A stretch of 64,000 bases of DNA from NCBI GenBank assembly GCA_965213925.1, contig OZ243927.1, positions 1,568,001 to 1,632,000 of the forward strand, given 5' to 3'. A program made the translations under genes and the position numbers. The notes under the pieces are model-generated. The model made no database searches. It was not told where the DNA came from and saw only the letters and a list, made by a program, of their open reading frames with translations. Origin of the DNA: Trueperaceae bacterium. GTDB taxonomy: Bacteria; Deinococcota; Deinococci; Deinococcales; Trueperaceae. Below, in pieces: positions 51,785 to 62,097 of the stretch (position 1 is its first letter; every line of letters begins with the position of its first letter).

Positions 51785-53110
51785 ATGGCTTCTAGTTCTG
51801 CTCCCGCCAAGAGGAGCTTCATCCGCGACACGATAAGCGTCATGAAAAGCCGCGTGTTCATGCTCGCGCTGTCTTTTATTACAGGGGTCGCCCTCGCGCG
51901 GTTTTTGGGTCCGGAAGGCAAGGGCATCTACGCGGCGATCCTCGTTTTTCCCTCGCTTATTCTCAGCCTGGCCGACCTGGGCATCCGGCAGGCGACGATC
52001 TTTCAGCTCGGTAAGAAGAAATACTCAGAAGAGGACGTGGTCTCAGTCACGATGTTCTTTTTAGTCGTCTCGAGCTTGCTGAGCCTGGTGGTCGGGGCGG
52101 GCGTGTACTACGTCGTCGACAACCCCAACTTCACCTTGCCGCTTATCTTACTCGCGCTCTCGAGCATCCCGACGAGCCTCATCAACTCGTACACCAAAGG
52201 TATCTTTCTGGGCAAAGAGCAGGTGCAGCGTTTCTCGTTCACGAGTTGGCTCACCGCGTTCGTCAGGCTCGTGGGGATTCTCCTGCTCGTCGGCGTGGCG
52301 GGCTTTTACGTTACGGGAGCGCTCGTCGCGGGGCTTCTGGCGAGCGTTTCTTTGGCGCTCTACTCGCTCTGGCTCGTCTCGAGGCACACCTCGCTCAAGG
52401 TCGGGTTCGAGCCCAAACTGGCGCGCGAGATGCTGGGGCTGGGCGTCGTCTACGCCGCCGCGCTGTTTGTGCTCGGGCTCAACTACAAAATCGATATCGT
52501 CATCTTGCAGCAGCTCAGCTCCGCCGCCGAGGTCGGGCAGTACGCCCAGGGCGTCAACCTGGCTGAACTGCTATGGCAACTGCCGGCTGCGCTCAGCGTC
52601 GTGCTCTTCTCGAAAGGGGCCAACGCGAAAGACTCGCAGGCCTTTTCGCGCAACGTGACCAAGCTCATGCGCGTGACGCTCGTCGCCGCTTCGCTGGGCA
52701 GCGTGGCGCTCTTTTTCATCGTCGACTACTTTATCCCGTTCGTCTACGGTCAGGCGTTCGCCCCGAGCGTGCTCGTGACGCGGCTGCTCTTGCCGGGCGT
52801 CGTCGCGTTCACCATCTACAAGGTGCTCAACATGGATTTAGCGGGCAAGGGACGCCCCTGGCTCTCGCTCTACGTCGCGACGCCCGCCGTGCTTTTCAAT
52901 GTCGTTCTCAACGTGCTGCTGATTCCACGTTTCGGCGCGAACGGTGCGGCGCTCGCCTCGACCATAAGCTACAGCGCGGCCGTTCTCGCCTTTCTCGTCG
53001 TCTATTCGAGGGCCGTCCACATTCCGCTCCGGGACATCTTGCGGTACCGCCGGAGCGACTTCGACTTTTTAGATAAGCTCGCGGCGAAGGCTAAAGCGTC
53101 TAGGGGCTAG
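51785..53110 (+). CDS. Wzx-type polysaccharide flippase
   Basis: LARFLGPEGKG, D.GI, KIDIVIL, NVLLIPRFGANGAALAS. Confidence 0.92.
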   Translation: MASSSAPAKRSFIRDTISVMKSRVFMLALSFITGVALARFLGPEGKGIYAAILVFPSLILSLADLGIRQATIFQLGKKKYSEEDVVSVTMFFLVVSSLLSLVVGAGVYYVVDNPNFTLPLILLALSSIPTSLINSYTKGIFLGKEQVQRFSFTSWLTAFVRLVGILLLVGVAGFYVTGALVAGLLASVSLALYSLWLVSRHTSLKVGFEPKLAREMLGLGVVYAAALFVLGLNYKIDIVILQQLSSAAEVGQYAQGVNLAELLWQLPAALSVVLFSKGANAKDSQAFSRNVTKLMRVTLVAASLGSVALFFIVDYFIPFVYGQAFAPSVLVTRLLLPGVVAFTIYKVLNMDLAGKGRPWLSLYVATPAVLFNVVLNVLLIPRFGANGAALASTISYSAAVLAFLVVYSRAVHIPLRDILRYRRSDFDFLDKLAAKAKASRG

Positions 53111-53130
53111 CGCGCGCTTAGGAGAAACAC

Positions 53131-54393
53131 ATGAAGATTTTGTTCGTCGACATGCACGCCGGCATAGCGGGTCACACGCGCACCGCAACGACCCTCGCTC
53201 AAGCCTTGCAAAGGCGCGGACACGAGGTCTCTTTTGCAGTAGCAAAGGACTCGAGAACCGACGTTATCGAAGCCGCCCAATTGCCTATTCACCGCGTTCC
53301 TATGCGTTGGGCGGGGCGCTATCCCGACTTAGAAAAGCTCATCGGCAGCCTGTATGAGCGCGGTGAGGTCGACGTCGTTCACTCGTTCAACTCAAGAGGT
53401 CTGCCCGAAGCAGCTAAGGCCGCTAAGGCGCTAGGCGTTCCTGTTTTTCAGACTATCTGCGGAGGTAGGGCGCGGCACGACGTCTTGGAGACAAAGCCTA
53501 TTATCTCGCTCAGCCACGAAGTCAAAAAGACGCTTCTCAAAAGGATGCCTTTACGCGATGAAGATATTCACGTGATTCCGGCTCGCCTCGACTTTGCGGC
53601 GATGCTGCGCGCTGCAAAGAGCAAGGATACAGAGGCAACCCACAGGCGCTTTCGCGAAAAATATGCGCTGCCGCCGACTTCAAAGGTTGTCTTGCGCATC
53701 GCCCGCGTCAACCAGAAATACAAGGGCAGTTTGCTGCAGGGCGCGGACGCGGTCGCCCGGCTCCGCGAGGAGGGCTTCGACGTCCGCTTCGTCCACATCG
53801 GCTTCGCGACGCCCGAGAATGCGGCGGACTTGGAGGAGGTCAGGGCGCATTTTGACGAACTCAACCGCGCCGCGGGCGAAGTCGTGGCGGTGAGCGCGCA
53901 AGACGAAGCGCCGCACGCGCCCGACTACTCGGAGCTGGCGGACATCGTCATCGGTTTAGGTCGCACCGCTTTTGAAGGAATGCTTTTTGAGAAACCTGTT
54001 CTCTTGGTCGGCTCGAGAGGCTTTGCGGGCTTGGTCGGACGCGACGACACCGAGCAACTTGCGTTTTACAATTTCTCAGGTCGGAACCTCTCTAGCGCTA
54101 AACCGTACGAGCAGAGCGTGACGGAGCTGACGGCTACGCTGCGCGAGTTGCTCCGAGACGAAGCGCTGCGCGCGCGCGTGGGCGAGTTCGGTCGGCGCTA
54201 CGTGTTAGAAAACCTCGACGCGAACGCCGCCGCGCGGCGCTACGAGGTGCTCTACACCTCCTTCTCGAGCGCCAACTACCCGTCGGACGCGCAGCTCGCC
54301 AAGTTCCTCAACCTCACGCCGAGGCGTGTCCTAAGGACGCTGCTGCCCGAACCACTCCACCGGTATTATCGGCGGCTTCGTCACGCGCGGTGA
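53131..54393 (+). CDS. GT-B (family 4-like) glycosyltransferase
   Basis: LAQALQRRGHEV, DVVH, ADIVIG.GRTAFEGM..EKPV. Confidence 0.85.
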   Translation: MKILFVDMHAGIAGHTRTATTLAQALQRRGHEVSFAVAKDSRTDVIEAAQLPIHRVPMRWAGRYPDLEKLIGSLYERGEVDVVHSFNSRGLPEAAKAAKALGVPVFQTICGGRARHDVLETKPIISLSHEVKKTLLKRMPLRDEDIHVIPARLDFAAMLRAAKSKDTEATHRRFREKYALPPTSKVVLRIARVNQKYKGSLLQGADAVARLREEGFDVRFVHIGFATPENAADLEEVRAHFDELNRAAGEVVAVSAQDEAPHAPDYSELADIVIGLGRTAFEGMLFEKPVLLVGSRGFAGLVGRDDTEQLAFYNFSGRNLSSAKPYEQSVTELTATLRELLRDEALRARVGEFGRRYVLENLDANAAARRYEVLYTSFSSANYPSDAQLAKFLNLTPRRVLRTLLPEPLHRYYRRLRHAR

Positions 54394-54440
54394 GTTCTCT
54401 CGAGCCAACCCTGACGCCGCTCACCGCACCAGTTACGGTC

Positions 54441-55100
54441 TCAAAGGTGAGCCTCCAGCCACGCGCCTACCACCGAATAGCCCGCGCGCGGCACGCGGTG
54501 CTTGCCCGGCAACTCTAACCAGGTGACGTCCCGTGCGCGCCGCTCCAACTGCGCCTTAAAATGACGCGCACGCTCCAACGGGTACGCTTCGTCTTCGGTG
54601 GGGGCGAGGTGTAGAACGGGTACATCCAACGTTTCATCCTCCGACCAATCCGACGGTGTCGCCCCCGCCACCGCAACAACGCCGCGCACGCGCTCGGGGT
54701 GCGCGGCGGCGAAGCGGTAGTTGAGGCTCACGGACTGCGAAAAGCCGAAGAGAAACGCGCCCTTTCTGTCGGTCCAGCCTTCACGGTGAGCGTGCTCTAT
54801 CACATGCGTCAAAAAGAGGTGATGGTTGCGCACGTCCTCTGCGGGTTCGTACGAACTTACCCAGCTAAAGCCCGCCCCCAAACCCCCTTCTCGGCGGATA
54901 TGGTGCGGGTGCGGCGCTTGCAGGGCGGCGAGCGTCCAGTCGCTTTGCGTATGGTCGCGGATACCTTGTGCGAAGCGCAGCGCCGCTTCCTTGTTCTGTC
55001 CGTAGCCGTGCAAGGCGACGAGGAGCGGCGCAGGTTTGTCGGGAACGACGAGGTCGTAGCGGTAAGAGATGGGAAGCTGGAGCGTTTCACTGTGAATCAT
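54441..55100 (-). CDS. Alpha/beta hydrolase (phospholipase/carboxylesterase)
   Basis: LHGYGQ, GFSQS nucleophile elbow, Asp and His near the C-terminus. Confidence 0.85.
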   Translation of the reverse strand: MIHSETLQLPISYRYDLVVPDKPAPLLVALHGYGQNKEAALRFAQGIRDHTQSDWTLAALQAPHPHHIRREGGLGAGFSWVSSYEPAEDVRNHHLFLTHVIEHAHREGWTDRKGAFLFGFSQSVSLNYRFAAAHPERVRGVVAVAGATPSDWSEDETLDVPVLHLAPTEDEAYPLERARHFKAQLERRARDVTWLELPGKHRVPRAGYSVVGAWLEAHL

Positions 55101-55117
55101 AGGCGCAGCATCGGGGG

Positions 55118-55693
55118 CTAGCGAAAGACGCCGAACGTGTACGCGACGAGCCCCAGAAGCTCGCGCAGGGCGTAGCCGAGGCGGAGCGGTCCCGTGTCGA
55201 CAGGTACGACGCTCGCGTCAAACCCTAGGTGCGCCGCGAGCCACTGCGTCCGGTAGGCGTGCATGTCGTCGGTGACGATCAGGACGCGCTCATGTTCGAT
55301 GAAGGGGCGGCTCAGCTCGAGGTTTTGAAAGCTGCTGCGACTCTTCGTCTCGGCTAGTAGGTGTTCTGCGGGTACACCCTGCGCGGCGAGGTACGCGACG
55401 CCCGCGTCGCCCTCCGTAAAGCGGTCCCCTTCCTGTTTGCCCCCGGTCACGACGATGCGCTCGGCGCAGCCCTGCTCGTAGAGCGTCAGCGCTTCGTCCA
55501 GCCTCCTTGCGAACGCCGGCGAGGGCGTGCCGTCGTACTGCGCCGCGCCCATCACCAGGAGCGTGTCCGCTGAGCACGCGACCTGCGCGGCGACCGGGTA
55601 CCACCAGATGCCGAAAGCGCTCTCTAAGGTGACGACGAGCAGCAGGAGCGGCGCGAGTCCGACCACGCGGAGCCCTGGGGCGAGCTTGCGCAC
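55118..55693 (-). CDS. YdcF/DUF218 family protein
   Basis: VMGAA, RRLD.A..LY, VTGG, E..SRSS.QN, VTDDMH.YR, RE. Confidence 0.88.
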   Translation of the reverse strand: MRKLAPGLRVVGLAPLLLLVVTLESAFGIWWYPVAAQVACSADTLLVMGAAQYDGTPSPAFARRLDEALTLYEQGCAERIVVTGGKQEGDRFTEGDAGVAYLAAQGVPAEHLLAETKSRSSFQNLELSRPFIEHERVLIVTDDMHAYRTQWLAAHLGFDASVVPVDTGPLRLGYALRELLGLVAYTFGVFR

Positions 55694-55694
55694 C

Positions 55695-57002
55695 TCAGTC
55701 CTCGACGCCTGCGTCTACGCCGACGTTTGCAGGGGCGGGAGACAAGCGCGACTCGATCGCACGGGCGTGCGCCTCTAATCCTTCCGCGCGCGCCATCTTC
55801 GCCGCGTACGGTCCGATCTCCTGCAGCGTTTTTTGACCCAAATTCACTAAAGGGATGACCTTCTGGAAGTCGCGGACGTTGAGCGCGCTAGAGAACCGCG
55901 CCGTTCCCCCCGTCGGCATTACGTGGCTCGGCCCGGCGGCGTAGTCGCCTAGCGCCTCCATGCTGTATTCGCCTAGGAAGATACCGCCCGCGTGTTTCAC
56001 CTGCGGCACGAGCGACCAGGGGTCGCGGGTCAGCAAGCAGAGGTGCTCGGGCGCGTAGGCGTTGGCGACCTCCAAGCCCTCCGCCAAGTCCGCGACGAGC
56101 ACCGCGAAGCCGCGCATTTCGACGGATTCCTGAGCGCTCTCCTTCGTCGACAACGTCTGCAGTTGCCGCTCTAGCTCCCGCTCGGTCGCCTCTAAAAGTG
56201 CGCGGCTCGGCGTGACGAGCACGGGTTGCGCGCCCGCGTGCTCGGCTTGCGCTAAGAGGTCCGCCGCGACGTGCTGTACGTCAGCGGAGTCGTCCGCCAA
56301 GACGAGCGTCTCGGTCGGGCCGGGCAGCGACTCGACGCCCACGTCGCCATAGACGAGTTGTTTGGCGAGCACGACAAAGCGGTTGCCGGGTCCGACGATT
56401 TTGTCCACCTTGGGGACCGTCTGCGTGCCGTAAGCGAGCGCCGCCACCGCCTGCGCGCCGCCCAAACGGTAGACCTTGGTGATCCCTAAAAGCGACGCCG
56501 TCACCAAAATCTCCGGCGCGACGCTGCCGTCTTCTCGCGGCGGCGTCGCGACGACGACCTCTTTGGCGCCCGCGACCTGCGCGGGCACCGCCGTCATGAG
56601 GAGCGTGCTGAAGAGCGGGGCGCTGCCCCCCGGCACGTAGCACGCCACGCGCTCCAAGGGTCGCACCAGTTGACCTAACAAGGAGCCGCCCGTTTGCTCT
56701 AAAAAGCCGCCCGCAGGCTGCGCTTCGTGGAAGGCGCGGACTCGAGCCGCCGCCCGCTCGATCGCCCGTTGAAGGTCGCTTGGAACCTGCCGCGCCGCCG
56801 TGCCAAACGCCGCCTCGTCCATGAGAAAGGTCTCGAGTTTAACGCCGTCGAAGCGCGCGGTCAGTTCACGTAGCACCGCGTCGCCCTCTTCGCGCACCCG
56901 CCGCAAGGTCGTCAAGACCGACTCGCGCGCCGCCGCGTCCTCATCAGCCGCGCCGCGCCGCAAGGTGCGCGCCGCCTCGTCTTTGCCGTGTAGAACTCGC
57001 AT
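55695..57002 (-). CDS. hisD: Histidinol dehydrogenase
   Basis: YVPGG, GGAQA, GPGN, PGPTE, QAEH, APEH, GDY.AGPSHVMPT; leaderless TATAGT. Confidence 0.96.
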   Translation of the reverse strand: MRVLHGKDEAARTLRRGAADEDAAARESVLTTLRRVREEGDAVLRELTARFDGVKLETFLMDEAAFGTAARQVPSDLQRAIERAAARVRAFHEAQPAGGFLEQTGGSLLGQLVRPLERVACYVPGGSAPLFSTLLMTAVPAQVAGAKEVVVATPPREDGSVAPEILVTASLLGITKVYRLGGAQAVAALAYGTQTVPKVDKIVGPGNRFVVLAKQLVYGDVGVESLPGPTETLVLADDSADVQHVAADLLAQAEHAGAQPVLVTPSRALLEATERELERQLQTLSTKESAQESVEMRGFAVLVADLAEGLEVANAYAPEHLCLLTRDPWSLVPQVKHAGGIFLGEYSMEALGDYAAGPSHVMPTGGTARFSSALNVRDFQKVIPLVNLGQKTLQEIGPYAAKMARAEGLEAHARAIESRLSPAPANVGVDAGVED

Positions 57003-57090
57003 CGTGCCACTATAACGCTTTCCGACGTTGCCGAGCCTGCAGCGCGCAGACATGTGAAGCTTGTGACATCTTCGGGCCAGCCCTAGCCCG

Positions 57091-57663
57091 TCAAATCAGG
57101 TCTACGTCTAACTTCTTGGTCAGCTCGAGCAAATTCGCCACGCTGAGCCCCACCACGTTGAAGTAGCACCCGTGAATCTCGCGGATTAGAGCCGCGCCGT
57201 AGCCTTGGATAGCGTAGCCGCCCGCTTTGTCCATGCCTTCACCTGTGGAAACGTACCAGTCGATTTCGCGGTCCTCGAGATTCCGAAACGTAACCTCCGT
57301 CGAGACGACGCGCGCGGCGACCTCTTCGCCCCTTTGCACGGCGTGTCCGGTGTAGACGCGGTGGGTCCGTCCCGCGAGCCGTTCTATAAATGCCTGCTTC
57401 TCCTCCCTATCCACGGGTTTGCCGAGCACGCCTTTGTCCAGCGTCACTACCGTGTCGGCGGCGATGACTAGCGCGTCAGGGTGCTCCGCGGCGATCACGG
57501 CGGCTTTGGCAGTACTCAGACGGCTTACGAGTGCGTCCGGCGTTTCGTCCGCATGGGGCGTCTCGTCAATGTCCGCCGGAATAACGTCGAAGGTCAAGCC
57601 TAACGTCTGCAAGAGGTCGCGGCGGCGGGGGGAGGCGCTGGCGAGGATAAGAGGGGGGTTCAC
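57091..57663 (-). CDS. maf: Maf family nucleotide pyrophosphatase
   Basis: ILASASPRR, ADTVV, KP, DKAGGYAIQG, NVVGL. Confidence 0.94.
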   Translation of the reverse strand: MNPPLILASASPRRRDLLQTLGLTFDVIPADIDETPHADETPDALVSRLSTAKAAVIAAEHPDALVIAADTVVTLDKGVLGKPVDREEKQAFIERLAGRTHRVYTGHAVQRGEEVAARVVSTEVTFRNLEDREIDWYVSTGEGMDKAGGYAIQGYGAALIREIHGCYFNVVGLSVANLLELTKKLDVDLI

Positions 57664-57811
57664 AAGGTCAGTTTACCCTTTAGCTGGAACGCCCGAATAT
57701 ACGCCCCTGTTTCGGTCATATGTGTTTCGGTCATCAACCCAATAATTTGAACTATTTCACATTTCGTCGCCTTTCTCAGCAAACAAGCGTGGAGGCTCCG
57801 TAGACTGTGGT

Positions 57812-59584
57812 GTGATGTTCTTAACCCGGCAGCGGCTTCTACTCCTGATGAGCCTTTTCGTGATGAGCCTCGTCCTCATCGCCCTCAGCCAGCCCTGGGG
57901 ATTCAGAGCGATTCCTGTACCCGAGGCAAGCGCCGAAGTCGTCAACCCTTATGGGGGCGCGTCTCTAGCGGACTACGGACGCTTTTACGAAGCGGTGCGG
58001 CAGGACGATACGGAGGCGCTTAAAGCGCTTCTGAACCGGGGGACGCAAGACTTCTTGACGTACCGCGTCCTGTTGACGCTTGCCAGAGACGCGCTCCCCG
58101 CCGCCGAGCGCGTGGGCTACTACCGAAGCGCGCTCGAACTCAAACCGAGCGACCCGCTGGCGAGAGAGGAAACGCGGCGTCTGCACCTCGAGCTCGCCCA
58201 GACCGCCGAGAACGCCGGACTTATAGAGGAGGCGGTCGCCGCGTACGCGCAGGCGTTGCCCTTGAGAGAGGCGGTCGCGGGGCTCGAGCGACTCGAGTCC
58301 GACCCGCTCAAACTGGCGAATATTTTCTTGCAACATAGGGGTTACGAGGACGCGCTAAGGGTGCTGGACGGCCGCGCGGTCCCCTCCATCGAAGCGCCCG
58401 CTTACCGCGCTTTGGGCGAGCACGAACGCGCTTTGGAGGCCTACAGGCGCTGGTTAGAGGAGGTGCCGGGCAGCTTAGCGGCGCGCTACGGCGAGGCGTG
58501 GTCGCTTCTGTCACTCGGTCAAAACGAGGCGGCGGACGCGCGTTTTGCCTCCTTGCCGGGCGGTGACGCGCTTTACGGGCGAGGCGTCGTGGCGCGGCGC
58601 GAAGGCGACGTAGACGCGGCGGTAGACTTCTTCGTGCGAACGGGCGAAGCGCGGCGTTTGTGGCAGGCGACGGACTTATTAGAGGCCTATAGCCGCGCCG
58701 AAGACGCCATTCCTATCTACCTAGAGCTTGCCGCGACGCGAACGAGCTACGCCGACGACGCGGCTTACCGCGCGTTCATCCTATCAGAGCGCTACGGTGA
58801 TGAGGCGTCAGCAGACCGGGCTAGGGCGCTGCTGCCCGCATTTTCCTACTTCGGGCTCGTGACAGGGCGCGGGCTCGAGCTTCCTCAAACCTCCTCTTTG
58901 CCCGAGGTCGCGTCCCCCGTTTTAGACCTCGCTGACGCACTCGCAGGCGCTCACGACAGCGAGGCGGCGGTGGGCGAGCTGCTCTTCGCGCTTAGGGAGG
59001 CGAGAGGTGAGGCGGCGACGGTCACGGTCGCGGAGAAGTTGCAAGCTTTAGGTGAGTTTCGTAAGAGCGCCCGCGCCGCCGAAGCGTACCTAGAGCGCGG
59101 CAGCCGCGACCTGCGCACCTGGCGAGCCGCGTACCCGAAGGCGTATCCGTCGCTGGTCAACGCGCAAGCCGCGCTTAGAGGGATAGACCCCGAACTCATC
59201 TGGGCGGTGATGCGCAAAGAGTCGCGCTTTTACCCTCGGGCGGTCTCGCATACGGGCGCGAAAGGACTTATGCAGTTCGTCTCGCTCACGTGGGATTGGG
59301 TCGCCGAACTGCTTGGGGAGCCGCCCGGCGACCCTTTTGACCCCGAAGACAACATCCGCTACGGCGCGTTCTATCTGCGCTGGCTCTCCGACTATTTCGG
59401 CGGCGACCTGGAGCGCGTCGTACCCTCTTACAACGGTGGGCAGGGCTATATCGGGAGGCTCTTCGAGGCCGCACCTGTCAGCGGCGACAAAACCGAATTC
59501 TACCGCTTCATCAGCCGCGCTGAGCCGAGGGAGTATCTCCAAGCTGTTTTGCTCGACTACGAAATCTACAAGGCGCTCTACTGA
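57812..59584 (+). CDS. TPR-containing soluble lytic transglycosylase (SLT domain)
   Basis: AVMRKESRF, GAKGLMQ, NIRYG..YL, YNGG; N-terminal TM and TPRs. Confidence 0.9.
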   Translation: MMFLTRQRLLLLMSLFVMSLVLIALSQPWGFRAIPVPEASAEVVNPYGGASLADYGRFYEAVRQDDTEALKALLNRGTQDFLTYRVLLTLARDALPAAERVGYYRSALELKPSDPLAREETRRLHLELAQTAENAGLIEEAVAAYAQALPLREAVAGLERLESDPLKLANIFLQHRGYEDALRVLDGRAVPSIEAPAYRALGEHERALEAYRRWLEEVPGSLAARYGEAWSLLSLGQNEAADARFASLPGGDALYGRGVVARREGDVDAAVDFFVRTGEARRLWQATDLLEAYSRAEDAIPIYLELAATRTSYADDAAYRAFILSERYGDEASADRARALLPAFSYFGLVTGRGLELPQTSSLPEVASPVLDLADALAGAHDSEAAVGELLFALREARGEAATVTVAEKLQALGEFRKSARAAEAYLERGSRDLRTWRAAYPKAYPSLVNAQAALRGIDPELIWAVMRKESRFYPRAVSHTGAKGLMQFVSLTWDWVAELLGEPPGDPFDPEDNIRYGAFYLRWLSDYFGGDLERVVPSYNGGQGYIGRLFEAAPVSGDKTEFYRFISRAEPREYLQAVLLDYEIYKALY

Positions 59585-59660
59585 ATTTCAGCACGAAACA
59601 CGCCCGAGCACCGTCCTAAAAAACGCGCAGCTTCTCACCCTGCGCGTTATGCTCTTCTGG

Positions 59661-60458
59661 ATGAGCCAAACCCATAAAGCCATTGAGAACCCGGCGGTTC
59701 AATCCGTGGACCGAGCGCTGACTATCCTAGAGGTCTTAGCCGAGCGCGGCTGGTCGAGCGTGAGCGAGGTCGCCGAGCATTTAGAGATTCATAAATCGAC
59801 GGCGTCGCGGCTCTTGGCGACCTTGGCGCAACGCGGCTTTGTCGAGCAAGAGGCGGCGAGGGGACGCTACCGCTTGGGCTTCGGCGTGGTGCATTTGGCG
59901 AGCGCCGTTACCACCGAACTCGACCTCGCCCGCCTCGCGCAGCCCATCTGTGAGCGGCTTAGCCAGCAGACCCAAGAGACAGTCAACGTCGCCGTGCTAG
60001 ACACCTCCTCGGAGAGCTATGAGGTCGTCAACGTCGCGCAGGTCATCGGCTCCTCGTCCGTCGTAAGCGTCAACTGGCTCGGCAGGCGCAACCCGCTCCA
60101 CTGCACCTCGACGGGCAAAGTATTGCTCGCGTTCTTGCCCCACATAGAGCAGGCGCAGGTGCTAGCAGGACCCCTCGAGCAACCGACCGAGTACACCGTC
60201 ACCGACGCCAAACGCCTGCAGGCGCAACTCCGCACAGTGCGTTCGCTCGGCTACGCGGTGACAGAGCAGGAGTTAGAGCTTGGTCTCAACGCCGTCGCCG
60301 CGCCTGTTTACAACTTTGGCGGTCACGTCGTCGCCGCGCTCAGTGTGGCAGGACCTTCGTACCGCATGTCGAGAGAGCGCTTGCCCGAGGTCGCGCAGAG
60401 GGCTCAAAACGCCGCGCGCAAGCTTTCGGCGCAGTTGGGGTTTCAGGCAGAAGAGTAG
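59661..60458 (+). CDS. IclR family transcriptional regulator
   Basis: VQSVDRAL.IL, HKSTASRLL, HCTSTGKVLLA, E.E.GL.AVAAPV; leaderless TATGCT. Confidence 0.93.
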   Translation: MSQTHKAIENPAVQSVDRALTILEVLAERGWSSVSEVAEHLEIHKSTASRLLATLAQRGFVEQEAARGRYRLGFGVVHLASAVTTELDLARLAQPICERLSQQTQETVNVAVLDTSSESYEVVNVAQVIGSSSVVSVNWLGRRNPLHCTSTGKVLLAFLPHIEQAQVLAGPLEQPTEYTVTDAKRLQAQLRTVRSLGYAVTEQELELGLNAVAAPVYNFGGHVVAALSVAGPSYRMSRERLPEVAQRAQNAARKLSAQLGFQAEE

Positions 60459-60580
60459 AGGTGAGCAAAGAAGCCGGAAGCAACAGGCATAGTCGACGGG
60501 CTAGCCGAGGCGGAGGGCTTTGGCGCACCGTTTTTCGCCGACGCTGGGTGTCGCCCTGGGGCTCGAGCCTCAAAACTGGC

Positions 60581-60617
60581 AAAAAAGAGGTCGTTTCGTA
60601 AGAAAGCGACCTCTTTT
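60581..60617. terminator. Bidirectional intrinsic terminator
   Basis: AAAAAAGAGGTCG...CGACCTCTTTT between convergent genes. Confidence 0.75.
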
Positions 60618-60641
60618 CGTGACGTGTTGACGTGACGCTGA

Positions 60642-61514
60642 CTACTCGTCTTCTTGCATCTGCTGCGCGACAAGCGCGTCTACTGAGGTGACAACGGATA
60701 GGGGTGCCTCGCTGTCTTCGGTCGGCGCACCCGCGAAGAAGGTATAGATCACGCCCGAGGCGATCTGCACACCGTTCAAGTTAAGGACCTCGTCGCCGCC
60801 GTCGGCATTCTGCACCTGAACTTGGTAGGAACCTTCGGGCACTTCGGCGTATTCACCCGCGGAGCCGAAGGAGAGACCCGAGGCGAGGTTCATACCGCTC
60901 TGCATGGCCTGGCTGCCGCCCGTCTGACCGCCGCCCGTGCCGCCGCCGGTGCTGCCACCCGTGCTGCCACCCGTGCTGCCGCCCGTTTGACCGCCCTGCG
61001 CCTGCTGCTGCGCCACGATGTTGACCGAGGGGGCGCTAGGTGCGGCGTGGACAACGCGGACTAACGCGCTGCCTGCGGGGGGGAGGCTCGAGAGGTTATC
61101 GGTCAACACCTGAAGCTGCACGTTCATCGTCTGCTCGCCCGAGCCGCCCGTCTGCGAGCCGCCCTGTGAACCTGTCGCGAGCACCGTGTAGTACTGCCCC
61201 GCTTCTAAGGTGACGCTGCTGGACGTGAGGGGTTGCGCCTCGACGTCGCCGCCTGTTTCATCTTCGGAGGGACCTTGTCCCTCTTCGTACACGTCCACTT
61301 GGTGCTCGCCGGAGGGGAGGGCGCTGTAGCTCGAGACCGTCCCCGCCTCGACCCCTTGCAGCGCCTGACTACCGTCTACGTAGATATCGACGTTCGGTCC
61401 GCCTTGTGCCAAGTGTGCCACGCGCACGGCGGCAGATTGGGAGCCCTGCTGGGCGTTTGCGCTCATGAATGCTAAGGCGATGAGTAGGGCGAGAACTACG
61501 AGTCGTTGTCTCAT
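60642..61514 (-). CDS. Secreted DUF4397-domain protein
   Basis: Signal peptide; repeated VRVAHL...PNVDIYVDG and VRVVHAAP motifs; Gly/Ser/Thr loop; RBS AAGGAG. Confidence 0.88.
   Translation of the reverse strand: MRQRLVVLALLIALAFMSANAQQGSQSAAVRVAHLAQGGPNVDIYVDGSQALQGVEAGTVSSYSALPSGEHQVDVYEEGQGPSEDETGGDVEAQPLTSSSVTLEAGQYYTVLATGSQGGSQTGGSGEQTMNVQLQVLTDNLSSLPPAGSALVRVVHAAPSAPSVNIVAQQQAQGGQTGGSTGGSTGGSTGGGTGGGQTGGSQAMQSGMNLASGLSFGSAGEYAEVPEGSYQVQVQNADGGDEVLNLNGVQIASGVIYTFFAGAPTEDSEAPLSVVTSVDALVAQQMQEDE
60912..60995 (-). repeat. Coding 12-bp tandem repeat (GGST/GGQT)
   Basis: GGQTGGSTGGSTGGSTGGGTGGGQTGGS. Confidence 0.8.
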
Positions 61515-62040
61515 ATTTGTCTCCTTCTGTAGCTGCTGATTTGCTCTAAGTTGGCTACGTAATTTTTGCGTAATTTTTACGTGATGTTCTTGGACGTACG
61601 AAGTTGACTCCAGTCGACACCTCCTTTTGCGACGACGCTATGACGAAACGCGGCAAGTAAAACCCAGCCCCCTTTCGAACTTCTCTCGTTTATGAGAGTA
61701 CCTTTCTAGGCTAGGACACCTGGCGCTCAAAGTCTGGGCGTAGCCTTACAAAAGTGAAATAACCCTCTTTTGAAAGAGTGGCAGGTATACCCGCTGACGC
61801 CGGGCTTACGTAGTTTTGACCTTTCGCGTTTGCGAAAACTTCGTAACCGTCAGACAGGTCATCTGGTCAGCTACGCTCTCACTAAAGAGGTTGTTGCTAG
61901 GCAGCAAACTTGCGTAACTGGCACGCACTTCAAGTGACGATATCTGCGGAGAAGCGTTGCTGCGCATGGTTTCACCCAAGCAAGGAGAAGTGGAGCTGCT
62001 AGAGGGTTTAATGAAGATGCAGTTTGGGAGCGAAGCCAAC

Positions 62041-62067
62041 AAAAAGCCCTCTCCGAACGGAGAGGGC
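62041..62067 (-). terminator. Intrinsic terminator
   Basis: GCCCTCTCC-gttc-GGAGAGGGC then TTTTT on the minus strand. Confidence 0.75.
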
Positions 62068-62097
62068 GCGAGGGGTGGGACGTGCTCGTGTCGGGCT

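Noticed and set aside
61555..61585. Deinococcal RDRM (DdrO) site
   Set aside because: Half-site spacing is 9 rather than 7 nt and it is not upstream of a repair gene; none was seen before xpb either
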